Assembly: GCA_903859075.1 (NCBI GenBank)
Contig: CAIOLF010000046.1
Location: 20,671 to 84,670 of the forward strand
From: Candidatus Buchananbacteria bacterium
GTDB lineage: Bacteria > Patescibacteriota > Patescibacteriia > 2-01-FULL-39-33
Reading direction: 5' to 3'
Length of the DNA: 64,000 nucleotides
A program made the position numbers and the translations under genes. How positions within the stretch are numbered: position 1 is the stretch's first letter; each line of letters opens with the position of its first letter. The notes beneath the pieces are model-generated. The model saw nothing but the letters and a program-made list of their open reading frames with translations, had not been told where the DNA came from and made no database searches. Below, in pieces: positions 47,350 to 58,476 of this stretch.

Positions 47350-48729
47350 ATGAATGACCACGAACAACAATCCAATAAAAAGGAAATAATTGAACAGCCA
47401 AAAGCCGAGGTGGCTCCGCAAACTATAACTGAAAAAAGGAATAGTAGAGTTGAACAAATTAATAAAGAATTAGCTGAATATAATCACAAAGCTGCCACCC
47501 AGGAAGAAATGGATATGATACAAGTTAAAAGGGAAATGGAATATCAATCAAAACTCGCAGAACTGGAGAGCGGACTTGGTAAAAGGCTTGGCGATGAAAG
47601 CACAGAAATGATCCATGCAAATCTAGTAGATAGCGTTATTGAGCAGGCGCAGAAAGAAAACGAGAGATTCGATTCATTGGCCGCAGAAAAAAAGAGATTG
47701 ACATTGTTCAATAATCTTGAGCTGGGAGGGAATGCGGAAGAGGTAATTGCCAAAGCCAGAAAGCTTATCAAGGAAAAGGATAGCGATGGCTCAAAGACGA
47801 AGGTTTTTGAAGAAGCGCTGGGTCATTATTCCCGGCCCCAGGAAGCTCTGGCCGATATGCCCATTTACCATAGCACCGGTTCTTACGGCTTGGCCAAGAT
47901 TTTGGAACACGGGGCATTGGAATCAAAGAAGAATATCGCCACCGGTGAACAGGCGGCTACCGGCGAGGAAATTGATACGACATCTTTTGTAATCGGCGGC
48001 TATGATCAATCGGAAACCGTCAGCTATTTTTATGCGAGGAAAAATGAACAGCAGTCAAGATTGGCTTTGGATAAAAAAGACATCATGGGAATCGGCTGTG
48101 AAGAGGATATTGTCAAAACGGTTTTTGCAGAATTGCCAAAGCTCGGCGCTAAGGAGCGAGTCCAAGTAGAATCCGCCATAAAAATAATGAAAGGTGACAA
48201 GGAAATTTCAGACGAAGAATTAATGGCTGAAAAAATGCAGGGACTGCAGGAACGAAAATATTATTTTGACCCGGAACAATCAAGAAAAAAGTTAGTTGCG
48301 CTGAATGAAGAGAGAGATAGATTAAAGCAGGGAGGCGAACAATGGAAAATTGACAAAAAGTCGCAAGAGATCGCGAAACTGGAAAATGGAATAAGAACTT
48401 ATGAGAATGAAACGCCAGAAATGCGGCAGGAAATGACCGACCCCTTTCCTACGATTTTGATTTATGAAGGTAAAGATCTGCCAGGGGAAGATTTGGATAC
48501 TCTGACATCAGGGCTGGTTTCGGAAAGAAGGACAAAACAGCCGATAGAAAACGGACAACTAAAAGAGATTCGGGCGCCAAAAAATGAAACCAACAAAGTA
48601 AAGCGATGGCTTGAGGCAAGAATTGACAGTTTACCCCAAGATTCGCCGGAAAGGCAGGCCTTAAGCGACGTTAAAATCGTGCCATTGGAATATTTTGAAG
48701 CCAAAAGTATTATTAAAGTGATAGAATAA
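47350..48729 (+). CDS. Mirror copy: ART-like hypothetical protein
   Basis: Identical to 19006..20385. Confidence 0.6.
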   Translation: MNDHEQQSNKKEIIEQPKAEVAPQTITEKRNSRVEQINKELAEYNHKAATQEEMDMIQVKREMEYQSKLAELESGLGKRLGDESTEMIHANLVDSVIEQAQKENERFDSLAAEKKRLTLFNNLELGGNAEEVIAKARKLIKEKDSDGSKTKVFEEALGHYSRPQEALADMPIYHSTGSYGLAKILEHGALESKKNIATGEQAATGEEIDTTSFVIGGYDQSETVSYFYARKNEQQSRLALDKKDIMGIGCEEDIVKTVFAELPKLGAKERVQVESAIKIMKGDKEISDEELMAEKMQGLQERKYYFDPEQSRKKLVALNEERDRLKQGGEQWKIDKKSQEIAKLENGIRTYENETPEMRQEMTDPFPTILIYEGKDLPGEDLDTLTSGLVSERRTKQPIENGQLKEIRAPKNETNKVKRWLEARIDSLPQDSPERQALSDVKIVPLEYFEAKSIIKVIE

Positions 48730-49083
48730 GCTCCTTGTCTATTTTAGACAGTTCTAAAGTTCTGAGCATATCACAAAGCCCACCCAGGAAAAATAAAATT
48801 ATCCCAATTCTCTGGATTTTGGGGCAAGAAAATAGCCGGGAATTCATGCGGGTAATAAAGGTCTTGCGTTACGATCACTCGTTCATTATTCCGGGGCAGT
48901 AAGTAAGCGGAGAAGTCCAGGTATAAAGGCAGGGAATAATAAGAAAAAGGCAAATGGCTGGCAAGCTGGAGATGTTTTTGCGAATCAAATTTTTCCATAT
49001 GATGTTTAAATACTATACCTAATATTGTTAAAAATCAATAAAAAAACCGTTGCGGCCCTAAGTGGCGGCAACGGCGGATACTA

Positions 49084-49857
49084 CTATGATTTGATTTTCT
49101 CCTCGGCGATTCTGCGGGGAACAAAGAGACCCTCTTGCCAGGATAAATGGTAACATTTTTTGCCGGCGGGCGAGATCACTTTGTATTGACTGCCATCGAT
49201 GGCTTGCAGCGCGCAGAGATCTTCCAAGGCAATGCCCGGGAGAGAGGGGTGGCGCCGCAGCAGATCTTCACAAGCCGACTTGCGCCATTCTCCTTCCGAA
49301 TCATAATGCGGGCAGCAAACGGCCGGTATCAGCCCCAGTCCCTTCACCAGAATCGGTTTCCAATCGGTGGGATTGGACTCCTTGCGCGAGTCGCTGACGC
49401 CGGAGTCAAACCAGCAGATCGCTCCGGCGGAAAGTCCGCACATCACCGTGCCGGAGTTATAGGCAGCGATGAGCAGTTGGCCGACGCCGCGGCGTCGCCA
49501 GGCTCGCATCATCCGGTAGGTGTTGCCGCCACCGACGTAAATAATGTCGGCCCAGCTTATTTTCTGGCGGATTTCCTGGTCAGTCAGGCGTTCGGCCAGA
49601 AGGCGCAGGTGGTCGAACTGGCAGCCGAGACGCAACTCGTACAAATTGTAGATGGTGTTGCAGTACAAAAGGTCGTCTCCGCTGGCCGTTGGGACAAATA
49701 GTAGGCGCGGCTTTCTTGGTTGCCGGCTTAGCGACAAATTCTCCTCGGCCAGGCGGACGATGTACCCGTCAATGGCCAAGGTTTCCGGCGGCTTGCAGGG
49801 CACGAATACTTGTCCGCCACCAATAGCTACTATATTTCTCTTGCCGTGAGTCTTCAT
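49084..49857 (-). CDS. Mirror copy: peptidase E
   Basis: Identical to 17878..18651. Confidence 0.9.
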   Translation of the reverse strand: MKTHGKRNIVAIGGGQVFVPCKPPETLAIDGYIVRLAEENLSLSRQPRKPRLLFVPTASGDDLLYCNTIYNLYELRLGCQFDHLRLLAERLTDQEIRQKISWADIIYVGGGNTYRMMRAWRRRGVGQLLIAAYNSGTVMCGLSAGAICWFDSGVSDSRKESNPTDWKPILVKGLGLIPAVCCPHYDSEGEWRKSACEDLLRRHPSLPGIALEDLCALQAIDGSQYKVISPAGKKCYHLSWQEGLFVPRRIAEEKIKS

Positions 49858-50121
49858 TATCAGCCCCCTCCTGTTTGGGCGATTTGCGGTTGGATTTGCG
49901 GTTGCTTGTATGGCGAAATGTTCGATAAGCTATCATAGTATAATATTTAGTCTATGTCAATGGCAGCTTAGGCCAATAATTATTTTTTCTGACACTGTTT
50001 GCAACATTTTCTAGTTTCCGTGAGATGCTTTTGGGAGAGATTTTTACATAAAAAAAGAAAAGCCAGAGGAAATAATCCTTGGCTTATTTGTCGTCAATGA
50101 TCCGCGGCAGTCGTTTCTGAT

Positions 50122-50733
50122 TCACAAGGCGATGGTCTGCGACCTGGGCATCCACAGAACCAGTGAAACGCTATCGCCAAACGGCTGCTGGTTCCAGGCG
50201 CTGAACATGCCCAGAACAAAATCGCCGCCGATGAGAGAGAATTCTACGCGAAGCAGATTTTCTTTCTCATCAAGGGTCTTCCTTCCCTGAGCGTGAATGG
50301 CTTCGGCTGACGTGGAGCTCAGGAAGACGCCTAATTTGCCGTCAATTTGGAAGTTCCTCACGAAGGCCACCAGCTTGATTCCCTGACCGGTGGCTTCCTG
50401 GGCAAGCTCGGCTTTCGGGACGAGCTCCTTCAACGCGCCAATCGCTAACGAGCTGGTTAATCCCGGGAGTTTTCCGATCCGACTCATTGATCCCGAAGGA
50501 ATGGTGGCTACCCGGACATTTGAGCCGTTGTACGGCCGTTCATCGACAGGACGTGTCGCTAGGCACGTTTTGACTACGTGGCGATTAGTATAGAAAATGT
50601 ACAGATCGGCCCGCTCCCTCCGCTTGCTTGTTTCTTTCAGGATTCGTTCCGCATGTTGTTCGTTCGTGGCAATACCACTGGCAATAAGCGACCCTACCTC
50701 AACATCATGCGTATTTCTATAAAATGGCGACAT
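50122..50733 (-). CDS. Mirror copy: hypothetical protein
   Basis: Identical to 17002..17613. Confidence 0.6.
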   Translation of the reverse strand: MSPFYRNTHDVEVGSLIASGIATNEQHAERILKETSKRRERADLYIFYTNRHVVKTCLATRPVDERPYNGSNVRVATIPSGSMSRIGKLPGLTSSLAIGALKELVPKAELAQEATGQGIKLVAFVRNFQIDGKLGVFLSSTSAEAIHAQGRKTLDEKENLLRVEFSLIGGDFVLGMFSAWNQQPFGDSVSLVLWMPRSQTIAL

Positions 50734-50892
50734 GGCGATCCCTCCTCGTTGATTCTCCGCTATCAATTCTTACCTCAGAGATTACTATGATAATGCCATT
50801 TTGTCAATATTGCTTGTAGATTTAAAAAGGGGAAAACGGGCATTAACATCGGCCAGAAAAAGGAGTATTATGTACTTAAATTAAGTTTATTT

Positions 50893-51979
50893 ATGGACCA
50901 TTTCCCGGAAATCGTCACTTTCCGCGTTACCTCCCGTTGCACCAAGGATTGCGATTTTTGCTATGGCCCCAAGAATATTCCGGAATTGGATTTTTCACAA
51001 CTGCAAAAAGTTTTTTCTTTGCTGGCAAAGAAGGGAGTCAAATCCATCACTATTACCGGCGGTGAGCCGCTACTGCGATCGGATATCAAAAAAATTATTA
51101 ATTGATGAAAAAACTTTTTTGGCCGAGTCGGAAAAGATTATGGCCGCCTATGGCCGGCAGATAAATATTATTATCTCCCCCAGGCGCCAGAGAGCCAATG
51201 CTTATTTTATGATTAATCCGGATGGCCAGGTTATTATGCCGGAAGATAAGGATGATGTCTGCTGCGAGGTAATGATCGGCAACATTTTTGACCAAAATAT
51301 TATTGATAAATGGCAAAAGCTTATTTATGAAAATAATTATCTGGAGAATGCCGAAGATACTTTTTCCCATGATTGGCAGAGCTACCCTATGCCGGAAATT
51401 TATAACAAGATTTGGCGTTTAGCTAAAAGATACAATCATCAGGGACAGGACTATACGGAAAAACATATTGAATGGCTCATTAAGCAGAGCTTGCTGCTGG
51501 CCAAGCAGGAAAATATTGAGGAACAGATTTTTATTCCGTTTATCCTGCTGCATGACGTGGGTTATAGCGCGGCTAAGATAGACAGTCCCTTTGCCAGCGA
51601 TTCCAGAAAAAGCCATATGCAAGCCGGCAAACAAATCGCTAAAAAGATTTTAAGGCAAGTGAATTACCCGAAGCGCTTGGCTAACAAGATTTCTAATTAT
51701 ATCGCCATCCATGACAATTGGGCTTTCAATGATCATCAACTTTATCATAAAAACAAAATCCTTGGCCTGTTTAATGATTTGGACTTCACTTCTATGTATT
51801 CTGCCGCCAGTTTCAACTCCATGATGAACATCCTGAAAAAGACGCCGCAAAAAATGCTGGACTATCTTCAAAATAATGAAAAAATTGTCAATCGGCCGTT
51901 TATCTCCGCTGCCAGCCGCCTAATTTATCAGAACAGCGTCCAGAAAACGCAACTGCTGGTAAATTCAAACCTGTTTTAA
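50893..51979 (+). pseudogene. Mirror copy: disrupted viperin-like radical SAM-HD fusion
   Basis: Identical to 15756..16842, including the lesion. Confidence 0.7.
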
Positions 51980-52215
51980 ATAGCCGCCCAATTGAGTCAA
52001 TTTAATACAAAAATCTCCCGGCGGAGGTTTTTAAATTGACAAAAACATTAATGCGTGCTATACTTAAGTTCTTAAAGTATATCTCATTTAGTTCCATTTT
52101 AAGAAATCCCAATTCAGGCATTTCTTAACTCTAGCTTTAATTATTTAGCTTTGATGGAAATTTATGAATGGCCGGTGGCCTGTCTGCTTTAAAGCTAAAA
52201 ATTAAAACCTAACTC

Positions 52216-53448
52216 ATGTCTACCAGGAATTTCGGACGGGGCTCTCGCCTCGGCCGTTCTCCTAGACGCCGCTTAGCCGCTTCAAGCGGCCGGCCGTCTT
52301 TTGGAGGAAAAAGACCGCTTGCCAGACGCGGCGGTTTTCGCGATCAATATATTGATTGCTCCCGGTTTGTCTGCAAAGCCAAGCCCCAAACCGAATCCAA
52401 GCCCTATCAGCCGCAACATGCTTTCGCTGATTTTGCTATTGATCAAAGATTGAAAGAAAATATTGTCACCAAAGGTTATGTCACTCCCACCCCGATCCAA
52501 GACCAGACGATTCCGGCGATTCTGGAGGGGTGCGATGTGGTCGGTGTTGCCAATACCGGCACCGGCAAAACGGCGGCTTTTCTTTTGCCATTGCTTCATA
52601 AAGTCATATTGGATAACCGGGAAAATATTTTAATCATCGTACCGACTCATGAATTGGCTGATCAGATCAATCAAGAATTGATTGCGTTCCGCGGACGATT
52701 GAGGATTTTTTCCGTCTGCTGCGTCGGCGGCGCTTCCATCGGCCGCCAGATTTCCGATTTGCGCCGCGGCTATAATTTTGTCATTGGCACGCCGGGCCGG
52801 CTCAAGGATCTGATCGAGCGCGGCTTGATCCGTCCGGAAAGATTTTCCACTTTAGTGCTTGACGAAGCCGACCGCATGCTGGATATGGGCTTTGTCAATG
52901 ATATGAGATTTATCATGTCGCTGATGCCGGTTACTCGCCAGACCTTATTTTTCTCCGCTACCGTCAGCCGGGAAATTGATAAGCTAGTCAAAGAATTTTT
53001 AACCAGCCCGGTGACGATTTCCGTCAAGACCGGAGACACTGCCAAGAATGTCGATCAGGACATTATCAAAATCAGCCACGAGCACGAAAAAATAAGCGTC
53101 CTGCATAATCTTTTGGCCAAGCCGGAATTCACCAAAGTGTTGGTTTTCGGCCGGACCAAATTCGGCGTGGAGAGATTATCCGTTGGTCTGATTCAAAAGG
53201 GCTTTAAAGCGGACGCCATTCATGGCAACAAGAACCAAAGCAAGCGCCAAGCGGCCTTAAGATTATTTAAAGAGAATAAAACCAAAATTCTGGTAGCGAC
53301 CGATGTCGCCGCCAGAGGCCTGGATATTCCCAACGTCAGCCACGTGATTAATTATGATGTCCCGGCTACCTATGACGATTATGTCCATCGCATCGGCCGG
53401 ACCGGCCGTGGCGACCAAATGGGCAAAGCGCTGACCTTTGTCTGTTAA
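52216..53448 (+). CDS. Mirror copy: DEAD-box helicase
   Basis: Identical to 14287..15519. Confidence 0.95.
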   Translation: MSTRNFGRGSRLGRSPRRRLAASSGRPSFGGKRPLARRGGFRDQYIDCSRFVCKAKPQTESKPYQPQHAFADFAIDQRLKENIVTKGYVTPTPIQDQTIPAILEGCDVVGVANTGTGKTAAFLLPLLHKVILDNRENILIIVPTHELADQINQELIAFRGRLRIFSVCCVGGASIGRQISDLRRGYNFVIGTPGRLKDLIERGLIRPERFSTLVLDEADRMLDMGFVNDMRFIMSLMPVTRQTLFFSATVSREIDKLVKEFLTSPVTISVKTGDTAKNVDQDIIKISHEHEKISVLHNLLAKPEFTKVLVFGRTKFGVERLSVGLIQKGFKADAIHGNKNQSKRQAALRLFKENKTKILVATDVAARGLDIPNVSHVINYDVPATYDDYVHRIGRTGRGDQMGKALTFVC

Positions 53449-53571
53449 TAATATAGCTGTTAAAATAAGCTTATTTGATCACAGTTGAAAATTAATATCC
53501 TTTGGTCTATAATCCGAAGTAGAGAAACTGGCAGAGTGAAGCAAACTCAGTAAAAGAAGGAGGATAGCACC

Positions 53572-54303
53572 TTGGTTATCTACGAGTTCAACTGGATCCG
53601 AAAGATCTGGCATATCTCGGGATGTCTTCTAATGCTCGCCGTCTTTTACTGGTGGCGGGGACTTAGGGACATCTGCGGGATGCCGGCTAATCCCTTGGCA
53701 ATGCTCACCGGCATCGCCTGGATGATGACGGCAGTGTTTTTGCTGATGGACTTGGTCCGGCATCAAAGCCCGCGCCACAATGAGCGGTTTATCAAGATGT
53801 CAATATTCCGGTTTATTCTGCGTGAGCATGAACATCAGAGGTTTACCGCCAGCACCTACTATTTGCTGGGAGCCTCCTTACTGATGACCGGCGTCTGGTT
53901 GGGGCCCATCAAAGAATCAATCCTGGTGATGGCCGTGATGGTTCTAGGCCTGGCAGATCCGGCCGCCGCTTGGGCGCGTTATCGTCTGTCGCGCTGGGGC
54001 GTCAACAGCTCCCGCGGCTTGGGATTGCTGGTATTCGCTTTGGTCAGTTATTTGGTCATGAGCCGAGTAGCAGCATTCCTGGGCAGCCGATTAGATGCTG
54101 CCAACATCTTTATCATCAGCGTAACCGTCGCACTGGCAGAGACCTACACTCCGAGCTGGGTCGGCTGGTGCAGACCGCTTACTTCGCGGCTTCGGCGCTG
54201 TTTTCCCAGTCCGGTAGCGCATCAGCTCTCCAGGTTTTACCTCGACGATAATCTGATGATACTGCTGGTCGTCGCCTTGCTGGCATTTTTCCTGGACCGC
54301 TGA
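53572..54303 (+). CDS. Mirror copy: polyprenol/DAG kinase-like membrane protein
   Basis: Identical to 13432..14163. Confidence 0.65.
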   Translation: MVIYEFNWIRKIWHISGCLLMLAVFYWWRGLRDICGMPANPLAMLTGIAWMMTAVFLLMDLVRHQSPRHNERFIKMSIFRFILREHEHQRFTASTYYLLGASLLMTGVWLGPIKESILVMAVMVLGLADPAAAWARYRLSRWGVNSSRGLGLLVFALVSYLVMSRVAAFLGSRLDAANIFIISVTVALAETYTPSWVGWCRPLTSRLRRCFPSPVAHQLSRFYLDDNLMILLVVALLAFFLDR

Positions 54304-54385
54304 CTTCGCGTTTGGCGGTCTTTTCTTTTCAGCTTGTCTGGCCGGGCCGATTGAGCTATAATTAGGGCAGATAATCACAAAAAAT

Positions 54386-54904
54386 ATGGCTTTTATTTAT
54401 CATAAAGTCCCGACCAATATGTCGGGCAATATCCTCTATCCGCTAAATGTCATGGAAAAGATTAACCCGGAGATCTATGAAGCGGCAGTAAAAAAATATC
54501 AGGGCCGGGAATATCTATTGCAAGAAATCATCCCTTTCCTTAATTGCCTTTGGAATGACGTACTGCATTTCAGCGCGGTTCATCCGACAAAAATCAAGGA
54601 GGCCTTGCTCAAGCTCGGCCATCCTTTCCGGGAAAACTTTTTTGAAGTCCCTTTAGAAATCATTGATAGCCACCGGGCGGTGATTTATCTTTATCGGCGG
54701 GAAGACAATAAAATTGAGCCCGATGAATTCAAGCCGTTTGATCCAAAGTTAGTCGCCGATCTGGCCGAACTGTCGGAGAACGCCACGGACTATTATGCCA
54801 AGGCCGTCAGTGCGGGACAAAAAGTCCTGCCCTTTCACGGCGTGGCTCACATTTTGTATCGCGGCAGTCTGGATGTCAGCGATTTAAAAATTATTAAATC
54901 CTAA
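54386..54904 (+). CDS. Mirror copy: hypothetical protein
   Basis: Identical to 12831..13349. Confidence 0.7.
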   Translation: MAFIYHKVPTNMSGNILYPLNVMEKINPEIYEAAVKKYQGREYLLQEIIPFLNCLWNDVLHFSAVHPTKIKEALLKLGHPFRENFFEVPLEIIDSHRAVIYLYRREDNKIEPDEFKPFDPKLVADLAELSENATDYYAKAVSAGQKVLPFHGVAHILYRGSLDVSDLKIIKS

Positions 54905-54912
54905 TTTAATTA

Positions 54913-55776
54913 ATGATTAATATGACCGGAGATATTATTATTTCTAATTCTCAGCGTCTGGAGTCGATTAAAAGAGCGATTAGTATCGGCGGAGCGGAAA
55001 AACTCCACGTTCTGTCGGATTTTGATCGTACGCTTACCAAGATGTTTGTGGCGGGGGAGGAAGTGCCTTCAATAATCTCCGTCTTGCGCAGCGAGGGCTA
55101 TCTGACGCCCGACTATCCGGATAAAGCCAAAGAATTGTTCAATTATTATCACGCGATCGAGATTGATCCGTCAGTGCCTCACGCGGAAAAGCGTGAGGCC
55201 ATGCGGCAGTGGTGGTCCAGGCATTTTGATCTGCTGATCGCTTCCGGCCTGCGGAAAAAAGATGTTGAGCGAGCCATCACCTCGCAAAGATTGCAGCTAC
55301 GTTCGGGAGTGGCGCAGTTTTTTGAGTTTTTAAGAGAGCGCGACATTCCTTTGGTGATTATGTCTTCCAGCGGTTTAGGAGTAGAGTCGATTTCTTTGTA
55401 TCTTAAGCGGCAGAATTTGCTTTCAGATAATGTTTATATTGTCTCTAATGAATTCATTTGGGACGATGCCGGTCGAGCAATTGCCGTCAGGGAGCCGATT
55501 ATTCATGCCTTTAATAAGGAAGAAACCGTGCTGGACAATTTTTCTTTTTATGATAAGGTCAAGGAAAGAAAAAATGTCTTGCTACTCGGCGACGGTTCGG
55601 ACGACGTGGAGATGATTACCGGTTTTAATTATGATAATCTGATTAAGGTCGGATTTTTAAATAAGAATATTGAAGAAAATCTGCAGCTTTACAGAGAAAA
55701 GTTTGATGCGGTAATTACCGGCGATGGTGATTTTGATTTTATTAATGATTTATTAATAAAAATTATTCTAAAGTAA
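54913..55776 (+). CDS. Mirror copy: pyrimidine 5'-nucleotidase
   Basis: Identical to 11959..12822. Confidence 0.85.
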   Translation: MINMTGDIIISNSQRLESIKRAISIGGAEKLHVLSDFDRTLTKMFVAGEEVPSIISVLRSEGYLTPDYPDKAKELFNYYHAIEIDPSVPHAEKREAMRQWWSRHFDLLIASGLRKKDVERAITSQRLQLRSGVAQFFEFLRERDIPLVIMSSSGLGVESISLYLKRQNLLSDNVYIVSNEFIWDDAGRAIAVREPIIHAFNKEETVLDNFSFYDKVKERKNVLLLGDGSDDVEMITGFNYDNLIKVGFLNKNIEENLQLYREKFDAVITGDGDFDFINDLLIKIILK

Positions 55777-55778
55777 CT

Positions 55779-56372
55779 ATGAAGACTGAAGTTGAAGCAA
55801 AATTCTTAGACGTTAATCCGCGGCAATTACGGGAAGCGCTGAAAAGTCATGGCGGGACTCTAGTCCAAGCGGAGGTGTTGATGCGACGCAAGATTTTTGA
55901 TTATTCTGATAAACGCCTGGAGAAAATCGGCGCCTGGATCAGAGTACGGGATGAAGGCAAAAAGATTACGATGAGCTACAAGCGGTTAGTTGACCGGACT
56001 TTTCAGGGGACGAAGGAAATAGTTTTTAATGTCGATAATTTTGACGCCGCTTGCGACTTTCTCTTGGCCACGGGACTGGATTGCCGCTCCTATCAGGAGA
56101 CTAAGCGCGAAACGTGGGAGCTAAGCGGCTGTGAAGTGACGATTGACACCTGGCCGTGGATACCGCCTTTTGTGGAGCTTGAGGCGGAGACGGAAGAAAA
56201 TGTGCGGTCGGTCGCCGCTAAGCTGGGCTTTGATTGGAATGAGGCGCTGCATGGCAGCGTGGAAACGGCTTATCAAAAGTATTATGAAGTCACCGAGGAA
56301 GAAATAGATCATTTGGAAGAAATTACTTTTACTCCGGTACCGGATTGGCTGGAAATAAAAAGAAAACAATAA
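55779..56372 (+). CDS. Mirror copy: CYTH domain protein
   Basis: Identical to 11363..11956. Confidence 0.88.
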   Translation: MKTEVEAKFLDVNPRQLREALKSHGGTLVQAEVLMRRKIFDYSDKRLEKIGAWIRVRDEGKKITMSYKRLVDRTFQGTKEIVFNVDNFDAACDFLLATGLDCRSYQETKRETWELSGCEVTIDTWPWIPPFVELEAETEENVRSVAAKLGFDWNEALHGSVETAYQKYYEVTEEEIDHLEEITFTPVPDWLEIKRKQ

Positions 56373-56404
56373 CTTAAAATCCCTCCGCCGCGGCGGAGGG
56401 ATTT

Positions 56405-58396
56405 TTATTTAATTCTTTTTGGGCGAGGAGTTGATTCCAGTTGTAATATCAGATCGCTTATTGTTCTAAGTAGTTTACGGTCGTATTGATATTTTACCCA
56501 GCCATGGCTTAAGGCCAAACTCTTAAAGGGAATTAGAATTTCTTTGGTGATGTCGACCAGGCTAAACATCCATTTCATGCGAGTCGGAGTTTCTTGGTAT
56601 TCTGTCAGCAAGGTAGTTTTGACGTGACTGGCCAAATTAATTATCAAATCAACAGTCAGATCAATGGCTCCTGATTTCCAAAGTAGTTCATTGATATGAA
56701 GCTTATCTTTAGCGGATAGCTCTTTATCGGCTAATGCCGTAAAGAGAAATCTTTTCTCTTTTTTATCAAGTTTCGATGAATAAAAAGCGATGGAGTAAGG
56801 CAGATCGATTTTGCCTTCTTTAATATCGGAATGCGAAATGCCCTTCATACTGTGGCTCATGCCGCTAATTTTTTCAATCACCAAGTAATCAGCCAGATCA
56901 TTTCTGATCATTTGGATCAAGCCATAGTACAAGCCTATTAAGGGAGAAATTTTATCAATTTGCTTGCCATTAAGAACCTGGGCTTCTTTATTTCCGGCCT
57001 GGGCGGCCAGCTCGCCGACGGCTTCATAAAAGCCGCCGCAAATGCCGTAAATTCTTTTGATATATAACTTGCAGATGGCTCGCAGTCCCAATTTATTTAA
57101 AAGTTTTTTCTTTTGGCTGGAACTAAAAGTCAGTTTCAAATCCAGAACTTGGCCTTGATACATTAATTCATTGTAATCATTTAAAATTCCCGCCAATCTC
57201 TCGGCCAGTTGCGGCTTGGGACGAGCTATTAAAAATAAGTATTTTAGGGCTAATAAATGCCCGGTAAGTCCGGTAAAAATAGCATTCCGGCGGCCGAATT
57301 GTTTCCAGACTGTTGGGATGTTTTGTCGATAATCAGAGCTATCGAAGGTGTCATCGAGACTATAAGTATTCATCCAATTATACAACTCAATAATTGCTCC
57401 CATTTCATAAGGGAAATCTGGATCTTTAATAAACTTTTGCTCTCTAATCAGATGATGATTAACCAGGTCATAGAGTTCAAAAAATAGTTCCGGGCGAGTT
57501 TTTATGATGCCGGCATGTCGATTTTTGATCTTTAAAAACGGCGGCACAATGGAATGTTTTAGAATACTGACTATATTTTCTTTTTTTGGGGCCCAATGCT
57601 TGATTACGGCGGCTAAAGCTGAGTTGATGTTTTTTTCTGTTAGTCGGTTCCGGAGATGAGCGGAAACTTTTCTTTCTATTTCGCAAACTTTAAGATAATC
57701 GGAGTCATTATTAAATCGGCATTGTTTTAGCCCAGTCAATAATTTATAAATAGTCTTATCAGCCGTTGTTTCAGTAAAGGTCATTTCCGCCAAACGTTTT
57801 TCCCCGAATAAATCTCTGGCTCTCTCATCAACTTGATAGTTAATGATTCCGGAACGGGAATAAATCGAGCGGTAGTAGTTTGTCAGATATTCAATAATTT
57901 TAGATTCCAGTTGGTTTTTTGAAGGAGCATATAATACGGTGGTGTGGACGAATTTAGGATGATTGCGGCAGGTCTCGGCGACTTTTTCATCAGTGGTCAG
58001 CACCGCATTAATGCTAAAGCTTACCATCCACTGCAAATTGTAATAATCCAAATGATCCAAATCTTCGATCAGCATAATTATTGGTTTGCTCTGGCTGATG
58101 GCATAGCCGCATTCCCAGGTGCTGTCAGTGCCGGTCGGCGACCCGTCAGCCGGTCGGTACTTTTTCATATACACCAGCAAGGCATCAGCGTGGTTGATTT
58201 CATTGAGGTCATAGCAGGCAATGCCAATGGGCATAAAGCGGTGATCACTGGGTCCGCCTAAAGATCCCGGCTCGAATAAATAAACTTTTTTATTAAAAAA
58301 TTCTGAATACTTTGGCTTGAAAAAATCTTTCCAAATGCCAATGCCGCCGGCTAAATAAAGCTGGTATTTAAAAGCTGATTTTTGATTTTTAGCCAT
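56405..58396 (-). CDS. Mirror copy: NDT/polyprenyl synthetase fusion
   Basis: Identical to 9339..11330. Confidence 0.7.
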   Translation of the reverse strand: MAKNQKSAFKYQLYLAGGIGIWKDFFKPKYSEFFNKKVYLFEPGSLGGPSDHRFMPIGIACYDLNEINHADALLVYMKKYRPADGSPTGTDSTWECGYAISQSKPIIMLIEDLDHLDYYNLQWMVSFSINAVLTTDEKVAETCRNHPKFVHTTVLYAPSKNQLESKIIEYLTNYYRSIYSRSGIINYQVDERARDLFGEKRLAEMTFTETTADKTIYKLLTGLKQCRFNNDSDYLKVCEIERKVSAHLRNRLTEKNINSALAAVIKHWAPKKENIVSILKHSIVPPFLKIKNRHAGIIKTRPELFFELYDLVNHHLIREQKFIKDPDFPYEMGAIIELYNWMNTYSLDDTFDSSDYRQNIPTVWKQFGRRNAIFTGLTGHLLALKYLFLIARPKPQLAERLAGILNDYNELMYQGQVLDLKLTFSSSQKKKLLNKLGLRAICKLYIKRIYGICGGFYEAVGELAAQAGNKEAQVLNGKQIDKISPLIGLYYGLIQMIRNDLADYLVIEKISGMSHSMKGISHSDIKEGKIDLPYSIAFYSSKLDKKEKRFLFTALADKELSAKDKLHINELLWKSGAIDLTVDLIINLASHVKTTLLTEYQETPTRMKWMFSLVDITKEILIPFKSLALSHGWVKYQYDRKLLRTISDLILQLESTPRPKRIK

Positions 58397-58476
58397 AATG
58401 ACTTAGATATTGCTAATTTTATTTTAGCATTTTTTGTTTAATTTTAAAAGACGCCCGGTCGGGCGTCTTTTAAAAT